Shown: piece after piece, positions 13,601 through 26,059 of the stretch
Position numbering within the stretch: position 1 is the first letter of the stretch
How the letters are laid out: each line of letters opens with the position of its first letter
DNA from: Lama glama
Taxonomy: Eukaryota
Reading direction: 5' to 3'
Length of the DNA stretch: 64,000 nucleotides
Assembly: GCA_028534125.1 (NCBI GenBank)
Contig: CM052817.1
Location: 85,624,001-85,688,000 of the forward strand
The notes under the pieces: model-generated
The model's database searches: none
The model's input: the letters and a program-made list of their open reading frames with translations, nothing else
What the model was told of the DNA's origin: nothing
Made by a program: the position numbers and the translations under genes

Positions 13601-16598
13601 GTCTGAGCTTCCTGGTTAAGAATTCTGGAAACAAACCATTAAGGGATGTCAGGTCACTATGGTTCACCTCAGGTCTTACTCCCATCAGTTGAGTTTAAGT
13701 AGATCGTCTCAGTTTTCTATCACGCTCACATTCATTCTGCATTCATTCTACACTGAAAAATCAGCCATTATTTTCTGGGTCTGTGTTAGATCCACATCTG
13801 CACTACTGTCTGAAGTGTCAGACTTTGTATCCAGTTTCCCATTATGGCTGTTTGAACACCAAATATTCTATCTTTTTTTGTTGTTGGATTATTATTTCTT
13901 TTTTTTTCTCTGTGTCTGCACAACAATATTTAAGACTTAATGCCTGAAGTGTATATCTAAGTTAGTTATCCCAGTTTCTAAGTATCCAAACAACTAGAGG
14001 AGATGTTCCCTGATTTAGTCCAGTCTGTAATTTCATATTTTTACTTAAGCTCTTAGTAACAGTGAAGGTGTAAAGTGATCTGTTGGAATATAGTTACCAC
14101 ATTCTTGGCAAATGACTTCAAAGTACCACTTTGGGAAATTGAGTTAGTATCAGTGTTTATATATTTACTACATTGTGTACAATTCTGGTGGTTGAATTAA
14201 TGTGCTTGCTGTAATTGTCTTATTTTTACTATGCAGTGGCAGAATGTCATTATTGTGTCTTTCTGAGCTCTCCTTTACAGATTGCTGTGCCCTGAATTCT
14301 TTCTTATCTTGTATAGGTTTTATAAAATTTTAAGCAATGCCTCTTTCAGGCCGAAACTAGGCTTAACACCAAACATAACTGACTTGCCCTGCATTCAAGC
14401 AAGTTTAATTTTAAGAAGCCATTGGATTTTGGAGGTTTCTGATTGACCAGAGAGAAAATGGAGAGGTACAAAAGGAGGGCTATGAAAGGGAGATAATGGG
14501 AGATCATAGAATGGGAAGAAGAATAGTGGAATGAAAGCAGGTTCAAGGTGTGGTTTGAAGGTATCTTAAAGAAAGATATTTTAAAGTGTTTCTTTGTCTG
14601 TTTGTTTTAAAGAAACAGTTTTATAATCTGAATTTCTCTTGGAAGCTTCCTCATAACAAAAGTAAAGTAAATCATTGGATCTAGTTACTGATTCTTTTTT
14701 CCCTTGCATGACACCTCTGAAACAATTTCATTTGTATCAAAAGTTCACTAATGTGACTAGTGTGACTTCTATAATTCCAAATTATGTTTAGTGATATCAG
14801 TCTGCTTTAAAAAAAAAAAAACACACATAATATAAATTTATGGAAACCTAAGTCCAGGTCAGAGGTGGCAAGGGTTGGCCTGAAATGTATCTGGCAGTGA
14901 TTGGTCATACATGCTCTTTGTTTACTTTGTGTTTTGGGTCCAAACTAATGATTGGCTATCTATAATTACAGTCCCCTCAAATTTTAAATTTCCAGTAGAC
15001 AGGATATTTAGACAAATTTCTTCTAGAACCAGAGTTTCACAAACAAAACAAGATAAAAGCTTGGAAAATTTTCCTATAGTTTGAAGTGACCCAAGTGCAG
15101 AAATTTCACTATAAGGATGCCAGTGTGAAAAGCCTTTTTGAACTTGTCATCATTGGGGCCAGCCTAAGAGATGTTTGGACCAAATGCTCACTTATAATTC
15201 TGCCCTAATAGATTCAAAGCACAAAGTGACTGAGTGTCAGAAAGAAAAATAGTAATAGGTCACTCATAACATAGCAATATCCACTAACCATAAGACTTTT
15301 CAAATGTTATTGAATAATCAGTGGACACACAAGAGTCCTCATTTCTGTATTCATAGCTCAGCAAAAAGGAAACAGTATAGATCAAACATGAGACCTAATG
15401 ACTGTGGTCATTGGGGAGATCTGCCATGTAATGATGGAGGCAGTGATTGGAACAATTTGTCTGTGGGCCAAAGAATACCAGTGATTGATGGTAGTCACCA
15501 GAGCTAGGAAGACACAAGGAAGGGCCTTCCACATAGTGACATTTTCCCATTTCTTAAGAAGTAGCAATGATGCTATTGACTGAATTTACTACCGTGCTTC
15601 CTTAAAAGGGACATCTGTTAGCAGCGATTCAGGAGGCTAAATTCTTCTGAATTGAGTTCTTGCTACTTTGCTTACAGACAAGTATAAAATCAAGGAAGGC
15701 CCTGGGTAATAATGAAAACACGTAAGAGTTTGTCTTTATTACATCAAGGTTTCAATTCTTTCTAATCTCTCCCCACAGGTAATCTAGTTTGTTTTACTTG
15801 TTTACACTTCAGTTTACATTACTTAATTTGGCTACCAATATGTTTGTATTTTTAAATCTTCCAAATTTTGAGACAAAAATACTTGATGCCTTGTTAATTA
15901 CTGTAATTCACAGTTGGTGACAATCTTTAAGGATAATTAGGCTCATATTTGACACAAAACGTATTTCCTTTGTGCATTCCCAGAAGTAATCTGGTTTTTC
16001 CTTTTTTTTTAAATTTTATTTTAATGAGTCAAAAAGAAACATGAGATGTACTCTTATTCCTTGTTTTGTTGTTAATCCTGTTTAATCCTCTTTGGCCCTC
16101 TTTAAACCTGGGAATTCCAGGACTTATTTTCACATTACCTTTCTAACACTTATGTGATTCCCTGTTTTCTTTCTCCTAAAAAATCTATTCTCACCACTTC
16201 CTAATGGGCAAGCAGTCTACCACTTGGAGATCTGTGACTTAATGCTTCATATATTTTTTAGGATTGAAGTCCAGTGGCAGTAAATAGAGGAATAAAGTGA
16301 CAGATGGTCAGTTACTAGGGAAGTGGAAGGGTGGCAGAAGAGTGTTGCAGGCTGGCAGGCAAAGAAAGAAACTGGGAAAATGTAAATATTGCCAGGCATT
16401 AGAGGGTTTCCTTCTACTGTGAACAAAGTATACTTTGAGACCAGGAAGCTAACATCTCTCAGTCCTGACACTGTGCTTTCTGGCTGCAAATTAGTCATAT
16501 ATTTTAAATAACAATGGCAAAAGGTGGGTAGAAGAAGAAAACTTAAATATGTGCCAGAAAGCTTGATGTCTTTGTAATTAGGTTGGAGGAGGTAGGTA

Positions 16599-17251
16599 TG
16601 TAGAAGGGATGGGGTAAAAGTACATTACTGGACAGAGTCACGGACCCATGTCCCAGAGCACTCGATCTTGTGCTTGTCTTCATCAAACCTGTTTATGGTC
16701 AGTATTGGAGAACCCCACGTATCCTGTACTTCAACTTGTAGATGATCTCTAACAAACCTATACCTTCTGTATGACTGTTAGCCTAACTGATGCTCGCTTG
16801 GGCCCTTTCAGCTCCTCCTGTCCTTCCACTGACCCTACCTTGGGCTGTAATGTGGAGCAAATCTCTTCTCTGTCTTAAAGGGCTTTGTAGTTAATAGATG
16901 TTTAATGATCATTTGGTCCAGGTAGCCTCTATGCTCTGGTAGTCTCTAGACAATGAAGAAGACCTTGACTGATGACCTTCCTGGCATGCATAAGACTAGT
17001 TACCCGTTCAAAAATCTTGACTTAGGAATATTCTTCCTGTTTCCGAGCACATACCACTATATTCTAAGTTAGCTATACATTTGTCCCAGTGGCCCCTCAG
17101 CCAGGCAGAGCGCAACTGCGAATGCCCTGTGAGCAAGTTACCCTATAATAAATTGATCCATTGAGTATATGGAGTTGCCTGCCTCTTTTTTTGATCTCAA
17201 GATACCTTCTCAGTTCAGTGGGCACTTTTCATTCTCTCCTTCCTCCCAGCA
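16599..17251 (+). mobile_element. Solo ERV1-type LTR (~650 bp; family uncertain)
   Basis: GC-richer block running TG...CA, with an AATAAA near 17147 followed by U5-like 'ggagttgcctgcctc...gataccttctcagttc'. No clear TSD. Confidence 0.65.
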
Positions 17252-18619
17252 CCTCCACTTTGGGCAATCCTAGCCTCAATCAGACTATTTCTATGCAAAC
17301 AAAACCCAAGGACTACTATTTTTTATGTGAGAGCGTAAAAAAGATGGTGATGATTTTGCTGAGAACTAACAGCGTGAGAAGAAAAGCCTATATATAAGAT
17401 TTCATTTTTATAAAATTTTTTCCTTCATTCATTATGATACACTTACTGTGTGTCTCATAATTCACAATATTAATTGTTAGATTAATTTAGTGGAATATTT
17501 AATTAAAATATGAAAATTATGCATGTCAAAATTATACTCAATAAGAAAACCAATATTTATATTTTATCTTACAGTTGTTAATGTATATTTTCAAAAACAT
17601 TGCCCTTAAGGAAGGATTCTGTTAATTACATACGAAAATTAGTTTCTGTACATCAGTGTTTCTTCAGATTACATAGTATGTTAGAAAAATTGTTTTTACC
17701 ATAGTAATATTGTTTTACTTAAAACTGTAAAAGAAAACAAAGAGAAATCATTGTTCTACTTATAATTAATGATTGAGTGCACTGTAAAGGACTTTGGTTT
17801 TGTGAGTGGAAAGGCACAGTATTAAAAATTTTACTTTAAAGATAATATCTAAAATGTTAACTGTCGCCAAACTAATTCTTACTTTTCCAGAGCAGATTTA
17901 AAGTGGTGAACATTTTAATTCTAATATTTAGTGCATATTCTTCAAAGCAGATGATAGGTGTAAGTATTTCACTTAAAACCAAATAGAACATTATTTTTAG
18001 CTGTCTGAAATGCTGCTTTTGCCTATTCACAAAGCAACCCATATAATCAACTTCAGAACTTAATAATATTGTTCAAGTGAATAGGAATATACGAAGCAAG
18101 ACTAAAGAAAGCCAAGTGAATGTAATAGTGCACTTCGTTTTTGCAGTTGGACAGGTAATTATTATTTCTCAGGATGCCATAGTCCAGCAATTAAAAATTT
18201 AAAAATTAATTTTAGAAATCTTAATTAAAACAAATTAATGGTTCTGTTATAAAGAATTGCCAAAATACTTTGTAGAATGATTGTGGTGTATTATCTGAGT
18301 TTTGCATTAAAAGTTAAGATAACTTTTCTCCATGATTTAGCTGAATTTGTGATAGCTTAGAAAAGTATTGATATATAATTTGAAAATACTTTGAACATAT
18401 ATTACATTAGTGTAGTATTTATGTTTTCAAATATCCACAGTATCTATTTTGGAACATGCATAAAATACCATATGTAAGCCAATACATATTATAGAGATAT
18501 TAATATAATGTAATAAAGTATTGATCTGTCATAATGTATTCTTTATTAACTTGTATTTTTATTCAAAAACAATGTAGTGATTTTACTGCTTAAATACCTC
18601 ATATGACAAGATGCTAAAC

Positions 18620-18996
18620 ATATTTCCTTGAAGTAAAATTTACCTACAGTGAAATGAACAAATCTTAAGCGCATTAGGCAATTAGTATTTCAGAATGTGT
18701 GGAACTATAAATCAAAACACCTATCAAGAAATAGAAAACTTCTATTATCCTAGAAGCTTCCTTATAGCCTTCCTAGTGAAAATCTCACTCAGAAAATTCT
18801 CATATTCTCCTTTCTTTCAACATTGGTTAGTTTTATTTATTCTATAAATTGCTATAAATGTAATAATACAGTTTCTTCACATCCTAAAATTTTACTTCTT
18901 TCTTTCAGCATTATGTTTTCCAGATTTATTTCTGTTGTTATATCATATTTTATTCTCATGTATGCTAAATAGCATTCTTTCATATGAATTGGCTGT

Positions 18997-19035
<39 letters not shown>

Positions 19036-19145
19036 TTATTTATGTTTTTATTATATTCACCAGTTGATGGACGTTTTAATTGTTGTAGTTTGTCTATTAT
19101 GAATAAACCTACTGTGTACATACATGCAGAATTCTTTTTTAGAAA
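18620..19145 (-). mobile_element. Old L1 3' UTR (L1ME/L1MD-like)
   Basis: 'ttgaagtaaaatttacctacagtgaaatgaacaaatcttaag', 'atcaagaaatagaaaac', 'ttcaccagttgatggac', 'tattatgaataa'. Confidence 0.8.
18996..19035 (+). repeat. (TTTA)10 microsatellite
   Basis: Read directly from the sequence. Confidence 0.95.
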
Positions 19146-19159
19146 ATAAACACACTTCA

Positions 19160-19580
19160 CTATTGATCAAGTTGAGTGTCCCATGTGCATTTCATTTTAA
19201 TGGTGACTGTTCCATGTGCAATTAAGATTCATATATATTCTGCAATTGTTGGTTTTATTGTTCTTTACATATTGCTAGGTTAGGTTGGTTGATAATTGTC
19301 TAAATGTTCTGTATCTCTTCTACATTTTTCTTTGATAGTTCTGTCAAGTACACAGAGAAGGACATTGGGTTGTTTATTGGATATCTTTCTTTTTCTTAAT
19401 ATAGTTATTTATCAAACTAAACTTTCCTCTTAGAACTGTGTTTGCAGCATCCCATGGGTATTGATATGCTGTGCTTCCATTTTCATTTTTTAAAGATATT
19501 TTTTACTTTCCTTTTGGCTTCTTTTTGACCCATTGGTTATTCAGGAGTATGTTGTTTAATTTCTACAAGTTCACAACTTT
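19160..19580 (-). mobile_element. L1 ORF2 endonuclease-region fragments
   Basis: 'tatattctgcaattgttgg', 'tttcctcttagaactgtgtttgcagcatccca', 'ttgacccattggttattcaggagtatgttgtttaatttc'. Confidence 0.8.
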
Positions 19581-21479
19581 TGACTACTTAAGTGCAGGCA
19601 AGGATTTTTAATTGCCTACATAACTAAGGAAAATGGAAGACTTTCTCCCTCAGTATTAATATTTAATTTAGATTGGTCCACTGTAATGTTAAAACCAACA
19701 ATAATTTTTATGGTATATATATTTTTTAATTTTTCATGTTATGGCTATTTTCATAACAACATACATTTCATATTAATTTTAGGATCAAATTTATAATTAT
19801 GTCATATTTAGAGTATTATTTTTGTTTTAACACCCACTGAAAAAAGAAAACTTACATTTCTTTTTATCATATGTGTGTAAAATAATTACTCTAGTGTAGT
19901 CATTACTCAAGTATAATTTAGTAGGTGTTTAATGTATGCTTGTCCTTATTTTTCACCGATGTGGAATACCTTTGAAGTGTGTATTGTGGATCTCTAACAT
20001 TAGTATGTATATAATTTTATCACCATTGGTATTTTACTATCTTGCTGTAAGTAGCCATTAATTTAACATTCTCTTGATTTCAGGGGAACAGAAAAGAAAT
20101 GAAGAATCCATTTTTCACAAGTAAGCATAAAAAGGATTCTTGAAACAGGAATGAGTTCATTAGCAGCAATCCAGTTGAGAAAGATGAATCATATAACAGT
20201 GACTAACAAAAAGCTCCTTGAAAGGGTTAGAATACTGACTAGAAAAGAAGGGTACTCTAGTGGATGTCATTAACTTATTTTATCTTTAAATTGCACAAAT
20301 GATATATGTAAGCTCAAAAGATTTTAATACTCAAGGTCACGTGTAACTAGTATTTTTTTAATAAAATCAAGTGTTCTATGATACTTCTCTAATAGTGGAT
20401 ATGCATATATTTTTAGATTGATAAAACTAGCTTTAAAAAACAGAAATTATGTCAGATTTTTATTGTTTTTTGCAATGTGAAGTTGACGTAGTAATGATTC
20501 CTAAAATGTGCAAGATATATTTTTCTCTAAACTTCTGTCCTTCACATGTTCTTTTGTGGGTATTATTAGAGCAAACTTACACTGGCCTCCTAGATTATCT
20601 GATTATGCTGTTATCCTTTAACTTCAAATTCACACATTTCTCTCTTGACCCTGCTTATATTTCATTAAACTTCTTTGAGTTCCCAATACCCTGTAATATT
20701 GTGGTGTGGTCATTGAAGTGTATTAGAACATAATAACATTCTCTGATGAAAAAAAATGTATATTGTATTTTAATTCTAAAAATGTTTTAAAAATATCTTT
20801 CTTCCTTTATAAGCTCACTGTAATTTTCTTTTTTATAGAAATCTTAAAGTGAGAAAAGGTCAATTATATAATGCATATAATGAGGGAATTAAAATAGACA
20901 ATGCAGAAAGTGATTTCCCAGGGAGAATCAGTTTCTGTGTTTCCTGCTCTTTAATTTTAATGTGTGACTCCTGAGGATTCTTGTTTCAGACACTTTGCTT
21001 AGACTCAGCCACACACCTGAGCTGCAGGCCACCAAGAGGACTGATAATCTCTATTTTTGCATAAACACTGAAGCACACTTCCTCTAGCCCAGGCTGGGGA
21101 ATCATTCCTGTTCCTGCCTTCCGTCTGCCTTTCCCAGCATGAATTCCCTCTTGTTTTGAAGGAAAATTTCAATCTTCACCTCCAGTTCCTACAGATCTGT
21201 GTGTCAGGCTAAAATGTGGTCTCCAATATGTCCAAAGTTTGGTTGCCAGGGCAAGTGTGGACCATGCCTGAATAAAATCAGAGATCCAAGCAGAGAGAAG
21301 CAGAATAATGAAGCTAAGAGTTCTTGGAAAGAAAAGGGAAGTATTGATTGAGAAAAAAGGGAGGTACAGAGACTGAGGGAAAAAAGGAAGCAGAATTGGT
21401 TTTCATCAGGATACTTGAAGGTTCAATTCACATACTACTATTTTTGTTTGTTTCTCCCAGTCATAATTAAAATTTCCTT

Positions 21480-21675
21480 TCTCTATTCTTACATAGCAAC
21501 TTCTTCATATCTTTCCTGTAGCATTTACAAAATAATCTCCCTTAAGTTACCCATAGTTTGTATGTATGTGCTATCTCCCTCCCTCAATTATAACTGCTTG
21601 GTGGTATGTATCTGTTTCTGTGTTGTGAAACCCTCAAATATTCTAGGACACTATTTATTCATTGATTTGCATTGA
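21480..21675 (+). mobile_element. L2 3' fragment (degraded)
   Basis: 'tagcattt...tatgtgctatctccc...attataactgcttg...ttctaggaca...ttgcattga'. Confidence 0.45.
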
Positions 21676-21895
21676 CCTATTTTGACTAGGGAAGACACAT
21701 GCATATATTTTCTGCATCTTCTTCTAAATTTGCTATTATTAACAAAACAAATTATGGATAAAAGCTTGTAATTAGTGACACATAAAACAAAATACAATTC
21801 AGGGAACAGAAGGAAGAATGAAATATGAGATAAAAGAAGATTAAGCAACTTGACAAGTAATTAAGTCATTTAGGGGAAGACATTGTCATGTCAAG

Positions 21896-22270
21896 CACTA
21901 TAGACTAAATTGTATCTCCTCCCTCATTTATATGTTGAGGCCCTAACCACCCATGTTATGGTATTTGAAGATGGAGCCTTTGGAATATAATTACATTTGG
22001 ATGAAGCCATGAGTTTGGGACCCTCAAGATGATATTAGTACCCTTATGAGATACATCAGAGAGCTTGAACTGGTTCTCTTTCTCTCTCCCCTGTGTGAGG
22101 ACATAGTGAATAGGCAGCCTCTGAAAGTGGAAAAGAGATCTCATTAGAACCCAATCATACTGGCACCCTGATCTCAGACTTCCAGCCTCCAGAACTGTGA
22201 GACAATAAATCTCTGTCTTTAAGCCACCCAGTGTGTGATATTTGTTATGCAGCCTGAGAAAACTGAGACA
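21896..22270 (+). mobile_element. MaLR LTR, MLT1A-like
   Basis: 'tatatgttgaggccctaacc', 'ggcaccctgatctcagacttccagcctccagaactgtgagacaataaa', 'taagccacccag', ending 'actgagaca'. Confidence 0.9.
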
Positions 22271-22561
22271 AATTTTTGGTGCCAAGAGTGGAGTACTATC
22301 ATAACAAATATCTAGACATGTGGAAGTGGCTTTGAGACTGGATTGTGGGTAGAGACTGGGACAGTATTGAGGTACGTGCCAGAAATATGGATGATTGTGA
22401 TGATATCTCAGACAGAAGAGAGGAACATGTTGAAAACTGAAGGAAAGACAATACTTGTTATGAGGGGCAAAGAACTTGGCTGAACTGTATTGTAGTGTTG
22501 TGGGGGGACAAGTTTGTGATTGATGACATTGGATATTTAGCTGGTGAGATTTCTAAAGCAA
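22271..22561 (+). mobile_element. MLT1 internal sequence (5' part, truncated)
   Basis: Follows the LTR directly: 'ttttggtgccaagagtgg', 'atgtggaagtggctttgagactgg', 'ggcaaagaacttggctgaactg', 'ggatatttagctggtgagatttctaa'. Confidence 0.85.
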
Positions 22562-23945
22562 ACTGTACAACATTTGGACATGGTTTTCTCCAGCATGAGT
22601 TTATTGTTGTGGGCTTGATGGCTTTAACAGCTTTTTCTATAACAACGACACCATCTTCAATGGTGTAATCCTTTTCAACTTTCTTGATGTTCTTTCCATG
22701 GCAGTTCTCTTCCAAAGTGTTGAAAATCTTTTCCATGAAGTACTGAGTATAATGAGCATTAAAGGTCCTTATGAGTCCCTCATCTAGAAGCTGATTTAGA
22801 GACATTGTGTTTGGAGGCAAGTAAACCACTTCAGTGCCTTTTGATGTTGAACCCGGGGGTTCTGGGTGGCCAGGGACATTGCCCAATATGAAAAGAACTT
22901 TAAAAGGCAGTCCCTTACTGTTGAGGTACCTCCTGACTTCAGGGACAAAGCATTGATGGAACCAACCTATAAAAATGTTATCATTTTCCAGGCCTTTTGT
23001 TGTAGTACAACCAAAAGACTGGAAACTGGTGCTTATCTTTCCCCTTCAAGGCTCAGGGGTTAGCAGATTTATAGATAAGAGCATTTCTGAGCATAAACCC
23101 AACTGCATTTGCGCAAACCAGTAGAGTCAGCCTTTCCCTTTCTGCCTTAAACCCTGGTGCTCACTTCTTTGCCTTACTAATGAAAGTCCTTTGTGGGGTT
23201 TATTTTTAATGGTATGCCTAATGACATCTGGGAACTCATCTGCTACCACTTGGTCGACAAAAGCTGCTTTTCCTGTTACCGTGACATTTTTCAAGCCAAA
23301 CCTCTTTCTAAAATTACCAAACTGTCCTTTGCTAGCATTAAATTCTCCAGCTTAAATCCAGCATCTTTCTTTGGCTTTAAGTTGTCATATAATGACTTTG
23401 CTTTTTCTCAAGTCATATTGGAGTCCACAGGTATACCTTTTTTAAATATTAATCCTGCACCCTCATAAAAGCTGCATTTTCAGTATGAAATGAAGAGGTG
23501 TGTATTTCACAGAAAAGTGCAAGATTTCTATGCTTGCTGATGCAGCTGCAGCAAGGGCTTCACAAATTTCCCTTTTTTTTTCCCCAGTTGTCCTTATGCT
23601 GGATTAATTTATTGTGAGATGGTGGGCAACTACAGCTGCAGACCTCAACCTGTGGTACATATAGAGTAATTCAGCTTTGTCCTGTAATGTTGTAACTTGT
23701 CTCTGCTTCTTGGGAGCACTTCCAGTATCACTAGTGGCACTTTGAATGGGTCCCATAGTGTTATTGAAGGTTTGTGTTATTGCTCTGAACACAATGAAAA
23801 GTATGCAAGAACTTGGAGAGATCACATTTTACTGTTATACACAATTTAACTGGAGAGATGAACTGCTCATGCAAAGATGATTAGTTTCACATGGAGTTTT
23901 AAGTGGATACTCACAACATTTGCACTAACTACAGTAGCAAAACTT
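22562..23945 (-). mobile_element. Tigger2 (pogo-like DNA transposon) internal fragment, both TIRs absent
   Basis: Translates to Tigger2-type transposase: MGPIQSATSDTGSAPKKQRQVTTLQDK (N-terminal HTH) and VVYLPPNTMSLNQLLDEGLIRTF...DYTIEDGVVVIEKAVKAIKP (DDE domain). Confidence 0.9.
22563..23756 (-). pseudogene. Disrupted Tigger2 transposase (CENP-B-type HTH plus DDE), C-terminally truncated
   Basis: ATG at 23756, with stops and frameshifts. The segment carrying the first catalytic Asp appears deleted near 23200-23215, and LDNAPGH reads LGNVPGH. Confidence 0.85.
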
Positions 23946-23954
23946 AGTATCCAC

Positions 23955-25400
23955 CTACAGTAATCATGGCAGTCTGGTACTGGTACTAGGATAGACACCT
24001 AGATCAATGGGATAGGTTTGGGAGTCTGGAAATAAACCCTAACTTTATTTTGGTCTATTAATTTTTAAAATAAGGGCAAAGATAATTTCACAGGAAAAGA
24101 AGTCTTTTCTGCACATTATACTGAGAAATCTGTGTACCCACATACAAAATAATGAATATGTACAACTACCTCACATTGTACACAAAAAAGTTACTTAAAT
24201 TAGATTGTAGACCTAAATATGAAAGCTAAAAGTATAGAATTCATATATATGTACACATGTATATGTGGAGAGAGAGAGAAAGAGATGGATAAATCTTTGA
24301 GAACTTGGGTTAGGCAATGATTTCTTAGATTGATACTAAAAGTACATGTAATTAGATAGAGATCTATAAACTAGATTGAATCAAAATTTAAAACAAACAA
24401 CTTTTGTGCTCCAGAAAGCATCAACAGAAGACAATCCCAAAACTGAGACAGAAAAAATTGAAACCCACATATCTGGTAAAGGGCTTGTGTCCACAATGTA
24501 TAAAAGACCCTTAAAACTCAGCAACAAGATGAAAAACAACTTGATTTAGAAAATGAGCAAGGAATCTAATAGATCCTTCTCTAAAAATATACGACTCATC
24601 AAAAGCACAAAAAATGCTCAACATCATTGTCATTAGGGAAGTGCCAATTAACACCACAAGGATATTCCACTTTATGGAATCCCACCAGATCTGATGGAGA
24701 TTCCACCAGAATGACCATAATCAAAAGACAAGTGTTAAAAATTCAAGGATATTAAGAAATTGGAACCCTTATACTTTGCTAGTGGGGATATAAAATAATG
24801 AAACCACTTTGGAAAACAAGTTAGCATTTCTTCAAAATGTTCAATATAGTGGTACCATATTACACAACAATTCTACACCTGGGTATTTACTCAAGAGAAA
24901 TGAAAACATATATCCACACAAAAACTTTTACATGAGTGTTTCTAATGGCATTACATAATAGCCAAAAAGTGGGGAAAAGCCAAATGTCTTTCAACAGTTA
25001 AATGAATAAGCGATAGTACGGCCATACAATAGATTATTATTTGATAATAAAAAGGAATGGAGTTACTGATGCATATTACAATCTGGATTATCCTAAAATC
25101 ATTATGTTAATTGAAAAAGCTAGTCACATATTTTATGATACCATTTATATAAGATGTTAAAAACAACATAATCAATAGAGAAAGTAGATTAATAGTTGCC
25201 TATGCTTGGTGGTAGAAAGCAGGAATGGGAAGTGGATTGGGAGTTCCTGTCAAAGGAAATACAGTTACTTTTTGGGGCGATGAAATGTGATAAAATTAGA
25301 TTATGGTGATGAGTATTTAACTATAAATATACTATAAACAATGTAATTATACACTTTAAAAGGTGAATTTTATGGTATGTAATTTATATCTCAACAAGAT
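23955..25400 (+). mobile_element. L1 ORF2 3' portion plus 3' UTR (L1MB/L1MC/L1ME1-like)
   Basis: 'ctacagtaatc...tggtactggt...gatagacac', 'cttgggttaggcaatgatttcttaga', 'ttggaacccttatactttgctagtggga', ending 'gtgaattttatggtatgtaatttatatctcaa'. Confidence 0.9.
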
Positions 25401-25874
25401 CTTAACAATAAGAGAAGTAGATTCTTATCCTCTTGCTTCCATAATGGAATTGTGCCAGGATATTGGTCAGTTCACCCCACATCAGAGAGACCAGAACCAT
25501 GGAATCAGTGCTGTTCATATAGTTACTCTAGGAAAGGGATCAGGGCTGAGTTCAAGGGTCTTCCTACTAATACAGAGTATGTCTCTGTATTTTATTCTAA
25601 CCATGTCATCAGATGTACAGCACTGAATACTTTTTAAAAAAATTATTGATAAAGGAATCATCTCTCCATTGTATTTTCCTTCCTGATTTTTAATGTAATA
25701 TAAAAATATCATTTTTATTATTTATTATGTATCTGTACTAATAGAAGCTCTGTTATGTTACCAGTTGATCAAGTTTTCTCTACAAATAGCACTAATAATC
25801 TGCAAAGGATCTTTTTTTCTCTTTTTGTAAACTCCAAGTCTTATTTTTACTTAATACTAACCTTCATTGTATAC

Positions 25875-26050
25875 CAGTGATTCTTTACAAGGACACATTC
25901 ACCTGGGAAAACCTAGTACCTTTGGGAAACATATTTGGTTGATACACTGGGAGATGTGATGCTGATAAACACCCTACCATGCACAGGGCAGTTCGAAAAC
26001 GAAGAATTATTGCATTCAAAATATAATAGTGCTGATATTGAAAAACCATG
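25875..26050 (+). mobile_element. hAT-Charlie MITE, MER20-like
   Basis: 'cagtgattct...gatgctgataaacaccctaccatgcacagggcag...aagaattat...caaaatataatagtgctgatattgaaaaaccatg'. Confidence 0.75.
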
Positions 26051-26059
26051 GAATAGACT

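Noticed and set aside
15304..15567. Overlapping ORFs on both strands in a GC-richer patch
   Set aside because: No recognisable protein and no convincing exon donor; part resembles old MaLR sequence.
20900..21230. Cluster of PU.1 (cacttcctct), RUNX (tgtggt) and kB-like motifs
   Set aside because: Short motifs with imperfect kB matches cannot be told from background without chromatin data.
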